A stretch of DNA of 64,000 nucleotides, from NCBI RefSeq assembly GCF_009914755.1, contig NC_060927.1; one strand, given 5' to 3'. Both the position numbers and the translations under genes were made by a program. The notes beneath the pieces are model-generated. The model was given only the letters and a program-made list of their open reading frames with translations. It did no database searches and was not told where the DNA came from. Shown here piece by piece: positions 11,684 through 24,863 of this stretch; position 1 is the stretch's first letter, and every line of letters starts with the position of its first letter. This DNA comes from the human T2T-CHM13v2.0 reference genome, Homo sapiens.

Positions 11684-14600
11684 TCAACCCCCACTTATGA
11701 GTGAGAACATGCAGTGTTTGGTTTTCTGTTCCTGTGTTAGTTTGCTGAGGATGAGGGCTTCCAGCTTCATTGGTGTCCCTGCAAAGGACATGGTCTCATT
11801 CCTTTTTATGGCTGCATAGTATTCCATGGTGTATATAGATACCACGTTTCTGTTATCCAGTCTAACATTGATGGGCATTTGGTTTGGTTCCATGTCTTTG
11901 CTATTGTAAATAGTGCTGCAATAAACATATGCATGCATGTGTCTTTACAGTAGAATGATTCATATTCCCGTGGTTATATACCCAGTAATGGCATTACTGA
12001 GTCAAATGGTATTTCTGGTTCTAGATCCTTGAGGAATCACTATATGTCTTCCATAATGGTTGAACTAATTTACATTCACACCAACGATGTAAAAGCATTC
12101 CTATTTCTCCACAGCCTCACCAGCAACTATTGTTTCTTGACTTTTTAATAATCACCATTCTGACTGGCATGATAAGGTGTCTTATTGTGGTTTTGATGTA
12201 CATTTCTCTGATAATCAATGCTGTTGAGCTTTTTTTCATATTTTTATTGACCACATACATTTCTTCTTTTGAGAAGTGTCTATGTCCTATGCCCACTTTT
12301 TGATGGGGTTGTTTGTCTTTTTCTTGTAAATATGTTTAAGTTCCTTTTAAAGTCTGGATATTAGACATTTGTCAGATGAGTAAACTGCCAAAATTTTCTC
12401 CCATTCTGTAGGTTTCCCATTCACTCTGATGATAGTTAATTTTGCTGTTCAGAAGCTCTTTAGACTAATTAGATCCCATTTATCAATTATGGCTTTTGTT
12501 GCAGTTGCTTTTGGCATTTTTGTCATGAAGTCTTTGCCCATGCCTATGTCCTGAATGGTATTGCCTAGGTTTTCTTATAGGGTTTTTATGGTTTTTGGTT
12601 TTACATTTAAGTATTTAATCTATCTTGAGTTAATTTTTGTATAAGCTATAAGGAAAGTGTCCAGTTTTTCCAGCACCATTTAATGAATAGGAGATCCTTT
12701 CCCCATTGCTTGTTTTTGTCAGGTTTGTCAAGGATCAGATGGTTGTAGATGTGTGGTGTTATTTCTGAGGTCTCTGTTCTGATCTTTTGGTCTATATGTC
12801 TGTTTTGGCATCAGTACCATGCGGTTTTGGTTACTGTAGTCTTGTAGTACAGTTTGATATCAGGTAGTGTGATGCCTCCAGCTTTGTTCTTTTTGCTTAG
12901 GATTGTCTTGGCTATGCCAGATCTTCTTTGATTCCATATGAAATTTAAAATAGCTTTTTTTTCTAATTTTGTGAAGAATGTCAATGGTAGTCTGATGGGA
13001 ATAGCATTGAATCTATAAATTACTTTGAGCAGTATGGCCATTTTCACATTATTGAATCTTCGTATCCATGAGGATGGAATGTTTTCCCATTTGTTTATGT
13101 TCTCTCTTATTTCCTTGAGCAGTGGTTTGTAGTTCTCCTTGAAGAGGTCCTTCATATCCCTTGTTAGCTGTATTCCTAGGTATATTATTCTCTTTGTAGC
13201 AATTGTGAATGGGAGTTCATTCATGATTTGACTCTCCACTTGCCTATTGTTGATGTAAAGGAATGCTTGTGAGTTTTGCACATTGATTTTATATTCTGCG
13301 ACTTTGCTGGAGTTGCTTATCAGTTCAAGAGGTTTTTGGGCTGAAATGATGGGGTTTTCTAAATATAAAATCATGTCGTCTACAAACAGAGACAGCTTGA
13401 CTTCCTCCCTTCCTATTTGAATACCCTTTGTTTCTTTCCCTTACCTGATTGCCCTGGCCAGAACTTCCAATACTATGTTGAATAGGCGTGGTAAGAGAGG
13501 GCATCCTTGTCTTGTGCCAGTTTTCAAAGGGAATGCTTCCAGCTTTTGCCCATTCAATATGATAATGGCTATGAGTTTGTCATAAATAGCTCTTATTATT
13601 TTGAGATGTGTGCCATCAATACCTAGTTTATTAAGAGTTTTTAACATGAAGGGATATTGAATTTTACCAAAGGCCTTTTCTGCATCTATTGAGATAATCA
13701 TGTGATTTTTGTCTTTGGTTCTATTTATGTGATAGATTACATTTATCGATTTGGGTATGTTGAACCAGCCTTGCATCCCAGGGATGAAGCTGATTTGATC
13801 ATGATGGATGAGTTTGTTGATGTGCTGCTGGATTCGGTTTGCCAGTATTTTATTGAGGATTTTTGCATCAATGTTCATCAGGGATATTGGCCTGAAGTTT
13901 TCTCTTTTTGTTGTGTCTCTTCCCAGTTTTGGTATCAGGATGATGTTGGCTTCATAAAATGAGTTACGGAGGAGTTCCTCCTTTTCAATTGTTTGGAATA
14001 ATTTCAGAAGGAATGGTCCCAGCTCCTCTTTGTATTTCTGGTAGAGTTCAGCTGTGAATCCATCTAGTCCTGGGCTTTTTTTGGTTGGTAGGCTATTAAT
14101 TACTGCCTCAATTTAAGAGCTTGTTATTAGTCTATTCAGGGATTCAACTTCTTCCTGGTAGGGTGTATGCGTCCAGGAAGTTATCCATTTCTACTAGATT
14201 TTCTAGTTTATTTGCATAGAGATGTTTATAGTATTCTCCAATGGTGGTTTGTATTTCTGTGGGGTCAGTGGTGATATCCCCTGTATCATTTTTTATTGTG
14301 TCCATTTGATTCTTCTCTGTCTTCTTCTTTGCTAGTCTGGCTAGCAGTCTATTTTTTTTTTTAATTTTTTCAAAAAAACAGCTCCTGGATTCGTTGATTT
14401 TTTGGAATGTTGTTCTTGTCTCTATCTCTTTCAGTTCTTCTCTGGTCTTAGTTATTTCTTGTCTTCTGTTAGCCTTTGGATTAATTTGCTCTTGCCTCTC
14501 TAGCTCTTTTAATTTTGATTTTAGGGTGTTGATTCAAGATCTTTCTAGCTTTCTGATGTGGGCATTTAGTGCTATAAATTTCCCTCTTAACACTGCTTTA

Positions 14601-15472
14601 GCTGTGTCCCAGAGATTCTGGTATGTCATCTCTTTGTTCTCATTGGTTTCAAAGAACTTGATTTCTGCCTTAATTTCATCATTTACCCAGGAGTCATTCA
14701 GGAGCAGGTTGTTCAATTTCCATTAAATTGTGTGGTTTTGAGTGGGTTTCTTAATCCTGAGTTCTAATTTGATTGCACTGTGTTTGGAGAGACTGTTTGT
14801 TATTATTTCAGTTCTTTTGCTTTTGCTGAGGAGTGTTTTACTTCCAATTATGTGGTCGATTTTAGAATAAGTGCCATGTGGCACTGAGAAGAATATATAT
14901 TCTGTTGTTTTGGGGTGGAGAGTTCTGTAGACGTCTATTAGGTCCACTTGATCCAGAGCTGAGTTCAAGTCCTAAATATCCTTGTTAATTTTCTGTCTTG
15001 TTCATCTGTCTAGTACTGAGAGTGGGGTATTAAAGTTTTCCACTGTTATTGCATGGGAGTCTAGGTGTCTTTGTAGGTGTCTAAGAACTTGTCTTATGAA
15101 TCTGTGCCCTCCTGTATTGGTTGCATATATATTCAGAATAGTTAGCTCTTCTTGTTGAATTATTGCCTTTACCATTATGTGATGCCCTTCCTTGTCTTTT
15201 TTGATCTCTGTTGGTTTAAAGTCTGTTTTATCAGAGATTAGGATTGCGGTCCCTGCTTTTTTTTTTTTCTTTCCATTTGCTTGGTAAATTTTCCTCCATC
15301 CCTTTATTTTGAGCCTGTGTGTGTCTTTGCACACAAGATGGGTCTCCTGAATACAGAACACCGATGGGTCTTGACTCCTTATCCAAATCACCAGTCTGTA
15401 TCTTTTAATTGGGGCATTTAGCCCATTTACATTTAAGGTTAGTATTATGTGTGAATTTGATCCTGTCATCAT
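11684..15472 (-). pseudogene. L1 ORF2p (endonuclease/reverse transcriptase), fragmented by stops and frameshifts
   Basis: Endonuclease 'MTGSNSHI..LTLNVNGLNAPIKR'; RT '[20 protein letters not shown]' and 'GTRQGCPL'; C-terminus 'QEQKTKHCMFSLISG'. Confidence 0.93.
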
Positions 15473-15532
15473 GATGCTATTTGGTTATTTTGCATACTAG
15501 TTGATGTAGTTTCTTCACAGTGTCTTTGGTCT

Positions 15533-16559
15533 TTATATTTTGGTATGTTTTTGCAGTGGCAGGTACCAGTTTTTCCTTTCCATATTTAGTGCTTCTTTCA
15601 GGAGCTCTTGCAGGGCAGACCTGGTGGTAATGAAATCCCTGAGCATTTGTTTGTCTGTAAAGGATTTTATTTCTCCTTTGCTTAAGAAACTTAGTTTGGC
15701 TGGATATTAAATTCCTCGTTGAAAATTCTTTTCTTTAAGAATGTTGAATATTGGCCTCCCACTCTCTTCTTGCTTGTAGGGTTTCTGCTGAGAAGTCTGC
15801 TGTTAGTCTGATGGGCTTCCCTTTGTAGGTAACCTGGCCTTTCTCCCTGGCTGCCCTTAACAGTTTTTTCTTCATTTCGACCTTGGAGAATCTGATGATT
15901 ATGTGTCTTGCAGATTATGTTCTTGTGGAGTATCTTAATGGTGTTCTCTATACTTTCTGAATTTGCATGTTGGTCTGTCTTGCTAGGTTGAGGAAGTCCT
16001 CCTGGATAATATCCTGAAGTGTGTTTTCCAGCTCATTTCCATTCTCCCTGTCTCCTTCTGGTACTCCAATCAATCATAGGTTCGGTCTTTTTATGAAGTC
16101 ACATGTTTTTTGGAGGCTTTGTTCATTATTTTTCATTCTTTTTTCTCTATTCTTGTCTGCATGTCTTATTTCAGTAAGGTGGTCTTCAAACTCTGATAAC
16201 CTTTCTTCCGCTGGGTCGATTTGGCTGTTGATACTTGTGTATGCTTCATGAAGTTCTTGTGCTGTGTTTTTCAGCCCCATCAGGTTGTTTTATGTTCAAG
16301 CTATATAAACTGGTTATTGTAGTTAGCAGTTCCTCTAACCTTTTATCAAGGTTCTTCACTTTTTGAGTTGGGTTAGAACATGCTCTTTTAGCTCATCATA
16401 GTTTTTTATTACCCATCTCCTAAAGCCCTACTTCTGTCAATTTATCCATCTTATCCTCCATCTAGTTCTGTGCCCTTGATGGAGAGATGCTGTAATCATT
16501 TGGTTGAGAAGAGGCACTCTGGCCTTTTGGGTTTTCAGCATTTTTTCATTGATTCTCAT
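15533..16559 (-). pseudogene. L1 ORF1p remnant
   Basis: 'LKNTAQELHEAYTSINSQIDPAEERLSEFEDHL...NEQSLQKTCDFIKRPNL' coiled-coil/RRM fragment. Ends approximate. Confidence 0.85.
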
Positions 16560-18081
16560 CTATGTGAATTTGTGTAGTTTCGGCCTTTGAGGCTGCTGAC
16601 CCTTGGATGGGTTTTTTATGGGGGCCCTTTTGTTGTTGTTGTTGATGATGATGATGCTGTTGTTGTCCCTTTCTGCTTGTTTGGTTTTCTTTCAATAGTC
16701 AGGTCCCTCTTCTGTAGGGCTACTGCAGTTTGTTGGGGGTTTACTTCATGCCTTATTCATCTGATTCGCCCCCCTGCCTGGAGATACCATTCATGGAGGC
16801 TGGAGAGCAGCAAAGATGGGTGCCTTCTCCTTCTTTTGGCACCTCTGACCTTGAAGGTCACCAACCTGATATCAGTAGGATCACTCCTGTATAGGGTGTC
16901 TGACAACCCAGTTGAGTGTCACGGGGAGCAGGACTCATTTAGTGAAGCACTTTGTCCCTTGGTGGAGAAGGTGTGTTTTGCTGGAGGGAAACCCACTAGT
17001 CTGGGCTGCCTGGATTCCTCAGAACTACCAAGAGGAAAGGCTAAGTCTGCTGCTCTACAGAGACCGTTGGCCACTCCTTCCCCTAGGGGCTAAGGCCCAG
17101 GGAGATCCAAATTCTGTCCCTGATCCTCTGGCTGGAGTTACTGGAGATCCTGCAGGGAAGTCCTGCCCACTGAGGAAGGATGGGTCCGGGTTAGACCTTA
17201 AGAGGCATTCTGGCTGCATACTGCCACAGCCAGTATTTTGGGCTGTGGGGACAAGTCTTGGGACCAAACCATCCAGCCTCCCTGGCTCTGGCAGGGGAAA
17301 AGAGCAGCCTAGAGCTATAGAAATGGGTGCTGCCCTTCCCCCATCCAGGGAGCTTAGTGTGGTAGGCAGTTGCCAGTCCCACTGCTGGTTGCTGCCTCTC
17401 TGCCAAAGAGCTCAAAGGGCTTAGACAGCAGGCAGCTGCGCTGGTGCTGGTTGCCCCTCCCCCAAGGAGTTTCGTTGGCTTAAGCAGATTCCAGCTGAGA
17501 GGCTGTAAGAATCTGCACATTCCAGGGTTGGGAAGCTACGCCCCGGTGTCATGGTTTCATGAGTGGGATCTTTCGATCCATGGGTTGCACAGTTCCACAG
17601 AAAAAGCAGTTTCCCTGGCTGGGTAGCATGCTCACTCACCACCTCACTTGGCTGGAGGGAACAGACTCCCCTTCCCTTGTGGCTCTCAGGTAGGCCACCA
17701 CACCACTCTGCTCTTCCTTCTCTCCATGGGTCATGCTAGCCTTCTAGTCAATTTTGATGAGAGAACCTGGTTACCTTGGTTGCCGTTGAAGGATTCACAT
17801 GCTTATCATTGTTTTTTTTTTTTTGATAGGAGCCTCCAAAGGCCGCTGCTTCTAGTTGGCCATCTTGGCCCCACCCCGAAACAGTAACCTTTGAAGAATA
17901 AAAGAAAAAGCAAAAGAGTAGCATTACTAAAATATTAAACGGTTACATTTACAGCCAAAATTTGTTTTGTTTTTATTTTGTTGTGTTTTCATTAAGAAGA
18001 CATTGTGTTGGTATGAAATATGGGTTCTGGTCAATCAAAGGGAAATTCTAGATTATTTGTAATATCATGTAATAACTTGTA

Positions 18082-18297
18082 GCAGAAATTGGCAGACCAT
18101 AGCCTGATTGCCAACCCCAACCCATTTTTATAAATAAAGTGTTTTGGAATACAGCCAAGTTATTCATTTACATATTATCTGTGTCTGCTTTCAAGCTATA
18201 GTAGTAGGGTTGAGTAGCTGTGTCAGACACCATATGGCCTACAAAGCTTAAAATATTTACTATCTAGTCATTTATGGGTAATATTTGCATACCTCTG
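18082..18297 (+). mobile_element. MER58A (hAT-Charlie MITE)
   Basis: 'cagaaattggcagacc...aataaagtgttttggaatacagcca...aaaatatttactatct...tttgcatacctctg'. Confidence 0.8.
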
Positions 18298-18462
18298 CCC
18301 TATAAGCAAATTAATGCATATCTTGGAAATATAAAGTTATCAAACTTGTTATTTTTTAGCCATATATTAGTGGGTAGCATTTTTGTAATTAAACATAGAA
18401 TAAAACCTCTACTGGAAATATTTCCCTCAAAAGGTAACCATCTTTTTATTCAGTCATTTATC

Positions 18463-18642
18463 TTATTTAAAAAAATTATTTTTATTCATTTATTTATTTA
18501 TTTTGAGGCAGTGTCTCACTCTGTTGCCCAGGCTGGAGTGCGGTAGCGAGCTCGGCACACTGCAACCTCCACCTCCCGGGTTCAAGTGATTCTTGTGCCT
18601 CAGCCTCCAAGTAGCTGGGACTACAGGCACATGCCACCATGC
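18463..18642 (-). mobile_element. 5'-truncated Alu (right arm only)
   Basis: (TTTA)n tail plus right-arm sequence. Flanked by 'cagtcatttatc' and 'cagttatttatc' (TSD). Confidence 0.88.
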
Positions 18643-18860
18643 TCAGTTATTTATCAAAGCATCTATGCTAAGGAATATACATTCAAAAGCTTTCAATAGA
18701 GGATTTCATATTTATTTGTCTTCGGAAAGAATTTGGTTTTTATTAAAATGCAGAAATATCTGAGAGAGATTGTTAGTAAAAAATGTAGGGATGTGTATGT
18801 GGTGCGTGTGTGTGTGTGTATTTTCATAAAGGAGTGTTAGTCAAGTGCTTGCTACTTACT

Positions 18861-19354
18861 TGTAACCAAACTAAGGTTTGGATGCATGCCACCTGAAAAG
18901 ACAAACACATAAGAAGTAAGGTTTCATGGAAGGAAAGCAGCTTTATTCAAGTGGTGACACCTTGGGAGATGGCCAGACTCAAGTCTGAAAAATCCATCTT
19001 AAATTCTCAGTCTGTATAAGGGGATTTTAAGGGGGAAGGTTGCATGGAAACTGTACAGGAGTGTGCATGGTGCAGGTCTGCTTGTTGTTTTCCACTGCTA
19101 GTTTGAGTAACAGACTATCCAGAGGCCTGGTTGGCATCATCTCAGTAGAGGTCAGGTTAGGGATTAACTGCACAACTGTTTCATCTTGAAAGGAAGAAAA
19201 TTGAAACTGCCATCTCTGCCTCATGCCTGGATTGTTGTAAGATTAGCCTTTGGACATTTCAAGCAAACAGGTAGTTACATATATGTGTATCAAGAAACAA
19301 ACAAGGGAGGGATTATCTTTAGAGTAAGCTAGCAAACTGGCTATACTGGTTACA
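18861..19354 (-). mobile_element. ERV1 (MER4-group-like) solo LTR
   Basis: TGTAAC...GTTACA termini, ~490 bp, with a minus-strand AATAAA at ~18945 ('ctttatt'). Subfamily not assigned. Confidence 0.7.
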
Positions 19355-19462
19355 TTAGGAGACATTTCTCAAGGACTCTTTTTAATACCAGCTAATTCTC
19401 TCATTTTGCATTTTGACCAATTGCCATGACAGACACTAAAAATGTATTTGTGATTTGTTTAA

Positions 19463-20405
19463 CTTCTATTTCTTTTTCAACTTTTATTTTAGATTTAAGG
19501 GATATGTTTACATGCTGGTTTTGTGGGTATATTGTGTGACACTAAGGTTTCTGATACAAATGATCCCATCACCCAGGTAGTGAGCATAATACTCAATAGT
19601 TTTTCAACCCTTATCCCCCACCCGGCTCCTTCCTCTAGTAGTTTTCAGTGTCCATTGTTGCCATCTTTATATACATGAGTACCTAAGATTTAACTCCCAC
19701 TTATAAGTGAGGACATACTTACTTATAAGTAAGTATGGTTTTCTGTTTGTGCATTAATTTACTTGGGATAATGGCTTGCTGCCTTATCCATGTTGCAGCG
19801 AAGAACATTATTTCTTTCTCTTTTTTGTGGCTGCATAGTACTCCATGGTACATATATACCATATTTTCTTTATCTGCTACACAATTGGTGGGCACCTAGG
19901 TTGATTCAATGTGTTTGATATTGTAAATAATGCTGTGATGAACTTACAAGTGCATGTCTTTTTGGTAGAGTGATTGATTTAAAAATATATATGTACCCAG
20001 TAATGGGATTGTTGGATCAAATGGTAGTTTTGTTTTAAGTTCTTTGAGAAACCTACAAACTGCTTTCCATGGTGGCTGAACTAATTTACATTCCCAAACA
20101 GTATATAAGTTTTCCCTTTTCTTTGCAGCCTCACCAGCATCTGTTTTTGCTTTTTTTTTTGAGACAGGGTCTGACTCTGTCACCCAGGCTGGAGTGCATT
20201 GGCATGATCACAGCTCACAGTAGCATTGACATCTCCGACTCTGGGCTCAGATGATCCTCCCATCTCAGCCTCCATGGTAGCTGGAACTACAAGTGTGTGC
20301 CACCTGCCCAACTAATTATGTATATTCATATATATATGTATGTATATTCATATATATTTTTATATATGAATATATTATAAAACTAGAATATATATACATA
20401 AAATT

Positions 20406-20452
<47 letters not shown>

Positions 20453-21071
20453 GTATTTTTTTTTTTTTTTAAAGAAACTGGGTTTTGTCTTGTTGCCCAG
20501 GCTTGTCTCAAACTTCTGGGCTTAAGCAATCTGCCCCCCTCGGCCTCTCAAGTACTGGGATTACAGGTATGAGCCACCACACTGGACTTACTATTTTTTT
20601 GACTTTTTAATAATAGCCCTTCTGACTGATTTCAAATGGTATCTCGTTATTGTTTTTATTTACATTTCTCTCACGATTAGTGATGTGGAACACTTTTCAT
20701 ATGTTTCTTGGCTACTTGTCTTTTGAGAAGTATCTGTTAGTATATTTTCCCACTTTACTGGGCTTGTTTATTTATTTATTTACACTTGTTGAATTGTTTT
20801 AGTTCTTTACAGATTCTGAATATTAGACCTTTTTCAGATGCATAGTTTGCAAATATACTCTCCCATTCTGTAGGTTGTCTGTTTACCCTGTTGATAATTT
20901 CTTTTGCTGTGTAGAAGCTCTTTAACTTAATTAGGCCTCACTTGTCAATTTTTGTTTTTGTTACAATTGCTTTTGAGGACTTAGTCATAAATTCTTTCTC
21001 AAGTCCAGTATTCAGAATGGTATTTCTTAGATTTTCTTCTACGATTGTTGTAGTGTGAGGTCTTATATAAA
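19463..21071 (-). mobile_element. 5'-truncated L1PA15/16 interrupted by an AluJ
   Basis: 3'UTR 'tgatcccatcacccaggtagtgagcata'; ORF2 C-terminal fragments 'WECKLVQPPWKAVCRFLKELK'. Approximate TSD tgtgatttgtttaa / tgtgcttgtttaa. Confidence 0.88.
20151..20587 (-). mobile_element. AluJ whose central linker has expanded into a (TA)n/(TG)n microsatellite
   Basis: J diagnostics 'gagacagggtct', 'atcacagctcac' and 'gatcctcccatctcagcc'. Microsatellite at ~20318-20455 lies between the two arms. Confidence 0.9.
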
Positions 21072-22118
21072 TGTGCTTGTTTAAAAAAGTGTGAGTTAAT
21101 GATTTATATTCTTTGTGTAAAAGTATACACAGCATCAGATTATAAATAAAATTTAAATTATATTTTACTTAGAAATGATAAAAAAAAAGATTTTCTGTGA
21201 ACCATAGACTAAATTTCCAGTAGGTTCTCATGTTTTTCTCCCTACATCTATATTATATTCTGCTTTTAGCAATCCTAGATATATGTTTATTAAGGTGTGA
21301 TGGAGGCCTAATATTTACTGTGTACCCACTACGTCCTGAAAAACCATGAATTGCCATTAATTATCACAGTCTGTGTCAAACAATACATAAATCCTTGGAA
21401 CACAGTACTATTTATAATTGTGCTGTTGCTTATATGAAGGGATGTACACTCACATGGAGGCCATAAATGTATATACACTTTGTATACTTAGCTTATTATG
21501 TTATGAAATATGTTTAAAATGGATGTTCTTTGAAATTTTCCCAAAATTGATAATCTTGAATAAAAACTTTTTATGAAGATATTTCTAAAATAAGTAATAT
21601 ATCTTATCTGCTTAAGATATAAACAAGAACCTTTGTTTTCAACCAAAATAATAGTTATATTCAAATTATGAAGCATGTTTTTGCATAGGAGTTTTATGTT
21701 TTTGTTTTTGGCATGGGTCTTCAGTAATGCCTCCTGCAAACTTATCATTATTGTATATTGTCATTATCTTATTTTTGTACTTCTCTTTCTCTCTGCCCTC
21801 TCCACCACCCAATCTGTCTTATTTTTGCCCTTTAAAGAACTGAATTTATGCTGAATGGTGAATATTTTATCATTATATTTATTTATATTTGAACTTTCTT
21901 ATACTGTGTACTTGATTAAACTTTCCTGTAAAATGTGACTATATTTTCCCATTTTATACCTCTTGTCTTTTAAGATAGAGATAAACAGATAGAGAAAGAG
22001 ATAAAAAGAGCGATAGATAGGTCAATAGATATCCAACTCATTCATTCTAATTCATCAAAAGTAAGGATTTGGAAAAATTATTTACCATTAAATATTAAAA
22101 TGATTTTTCAGAATTTTA

Positions 22119-22302
22119 CTTCCTTCCTTCCTTTCCGTCCTTTCTCCTGCCTTCCCTCCTTCCCTCCCTTCCTCCCTACCTCTCTCCCTCCCTCCCTTCC
22201 TTCATTTCTCCCTTTTTCTTTCCTCTCTCCCTTCACCTCCTTCCTTCTTTCCCTCCCACCTTCCTTCTTCCTTTCCTTTCCTTTCCTTCTTTCCTTCCTT
22301 TC
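22119..22302. repeat. Degenerate (CCTT)n polypyrimidine tract
   Basis: ~180 bp of almost only C/T on the + strand. Confidence 0.92.
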
Positions 22303-24371
22303 TGTTATGGCATAAATATGCAAAACTTATTTGGAGGAAATGGAGAAAATTATTGCTTAATACATCTCTTCTTCCATTAAAGTTCTTTCTGTATATGTAT
22401 ACGTGGCATTCTTAGGAAAGGACTGCGATGTTGAAACATAAATTAGCAATGCTTGCAGAATTTAATGATCTGCCTGTGAATACAAAATATATCATATAAT
22501 AATTCTGTACCTACTAATGAAACATTGAAGAGTCCAGCATTGCACGTGGAATGTTTCTTTAAATGAATATTACTTCAAAGGGATGATGATCAAAGTATTT
22601 AAGAATTCCTAAAGGATCAGAAATTCTTTTTTGAGATAATTTTCCTTAACATAACAATGCATGTTTATTTGCTGTCTGATGGCCATGGAGTAGTGGTATG
22701 TTATGAAAAAATGTCTTAAATTTGCTGTGACAGCCTCTTTTCCCAGAAGATTAGCATATCAAGGTTTGTCTTCTATATATATTTGTAAGCTAGATAAAAG
22801 TGTTAATTCTAATTGAAATGGTTCCTTTAGTAGATTTAATGAACCCTCCACCAACAAGTAAATTAAACTGAAAATTATTGACACAAGTTTTATCATTGGA
22901 GAAGAAAATAATTACCAAAATCATTGTCTCCTCTTGATCAAATTTAACTCCCTTGTCATAGAAAATTGTAAATTGAAATTAGGAGTAAAGGCCTGTGTGA
23001 AAAAAGAAGTAACATTATACAATAAAGTATTGTAGAAGAAAATCTTACTAGTTGCTGAAACCTTATACTGTAAGAAAAAGCAAGGGAAATAGATGTTCAA
23101 TTGGTAAAATCAGTATAAAGTAACAACTTAAAATGATTTTGTCCAGCTCTGTCATTAAGTAGGGCCTATAAGCAGTAGTGGAACTTTACCCCAGAAACAT
23201 AGGTGTGTGTTTTCTTTTCCAGAAAGATCCAGGAGTGTTTGGGTTATAGCCAGTTTCATTTCTTAATACAGGAAAATTATGAGGGTCTGTCTGGACTGTC
23301 TTTTCAATGTCAAACTAAATATGCTTTTAGAATAAAAGAATAAGTGTTGTAAGGGGAAAAACCCATTAAAACTATTCCCATCTCCAATTTTAATGTTAAA
23401 AAGAATATATATACATGATTACTTAAAATAAATTATGTTTGGGAAAGGCTCTGAGTTCACAGTGATAATCAAAAGGGACACATTAAAATACAAATATAAC
23501 AGAGTGGAAGGGGATCAGGAGAGGAGTGAACACTGCTGGTGAGAACAGCACTGGAGAGCGTGATTCCACATCCAGAAGACGCAGCTCCCCACATATTTGA
23601 CAAGGCTCCCAGACTCTGAGAGCGTTATCAAGTTCATTGGGCTCACAGAAACAGATAATTTATTTAAAAATTAGAAACAAAAACTTCACTAATAGCTGAC
23701 GATCTCTGGATAGTGACTTTTTTTAATTATGAGAAAACATTTAAGGAAAATCAGTGTTTTTACATCCATTTCAGAATTGCTTTGGCTATTTGTTTATTGT
23801 CTTTCCTTGTTTACTTGCACTATTTGGCTAACCTGCAGTTTGTTCATTCTTCCATTCTTCATTCTTCCTGAAAAAAAAAAAAAAATCAACAGCTTCATTA
23901 ATCTTAAAATATAAAAAGAAAATCCCAAAGTGGTGAATGAAACATTGAAGATATGTGTCTTACCAAAGCAGCTTGCTGTAGGTATGGGCTGCATTTTTTG
24001 TTTGATACTTTGTATATTCAGATAGTTATTTATATAGAAGTTAAATTCCACAAGTTTCTGGTAATGACTTTAAACAATTAATGTATCTTCCAACAATAAA
24101 ATCAACACTTCTGAATTTGAATGAAAAAAATCTGAATTTTTGGCAATGATTCAAAGCTTTTTCTCTGAATTTCAAAAGTTTTGACAGAATCTCCACTTTA
24201 AATTCCCTCCCACTCTGTTAAATTTAACTATAATAATGTGAACATTCCAATTTCAGAAAAAAAGTAAATTAAATATAAAAAGTTCTAATAAGAAATAGTT
24301 ATTTACATTATAAATTATGTATTTACTTTAAAATGCATACAATTCAGTTAAAATCAAGAGACCAAATGAGA

Positions 24372-24863
24372 CTTATTTATAATAGCTCTATTAAGTAATA
24401 ATGACATAAAATAAACTGTATTTTAAAGTGTGCAGTTTGGTAAGTTTTGACGTATGTCTAGAGCCGTGAACCCATCATCACAACTAAGACAATAAGCATA
24501 TCTTTCATTCCCAAATTTTTCCTTACGCACCTATGTAATTCCTCTCTCCTTTCCCTTAGTACAGCCAATAACTATGGCTCTATACACTTGTCTCTTTATG
24601 TTGGTTAACGTGTTCTAGAATTATCACAGGCATCTGCAGTATCCACTCTTTTGCCTGCTCTTTAATTCAATATGATTATTTTGCCATTTGTTCATGTAAC
24701 TGGATGTATCAGTACTCAGTATTAAAAGTTCATTACTTTTAATGCTGAGTAGTAGAGCATTGTTTGGATATACCACTAGTTGTTTATCCATTCATTTGCT
24801 GATGGACATTTTGGTAGTATCTTGTTTGTGGCTGTTACAAACAAATTTGTTAAGAACATTTAT
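24372..24863 (-). mobile_element. L1MC/MD-type 3' end
   Basis: 'ttttaaagtgtgcagtttggtaagttttgac...catcatcacaactaagacaataagcatatc' and 'gctgagtagtagagcattgtttggatatacc'. Confidence 0.75.

Larger units (their letters stand above)
11453..17877 (-). mobile_element. Full-length LINE-1, L1PA8A-like (L1PA8-10 era)
   Basis: 5' start is the reverse complement of 'ggggtggggccaagatggc'. Contains a ~1.3 kb 5'UTR, ORF1 and ORF2 remnants, and a 3' end 'tatcccc...ttttgaagaagaaataaa'. Degenerate TSD gaagcaataactttt (11438-11452) / gaaacagtaaccttt (17878-17892). Confidence 0.95.

Noticed and set aside
16587-17424. Two 168-170 aa plus-strand ORFs antisense to the L1 5'UTR (ORF0-like?)
   Set aside because: They have TTG starts, lie in a GC-rich UTR where stops are rare, and I see no recognisable similarity to ORF0 or any protein.
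22100-22323. Low-complexity ORFs (PSFL/GRKE-rich)
   Set aside because: These are translations of the (CCTT)n tract.
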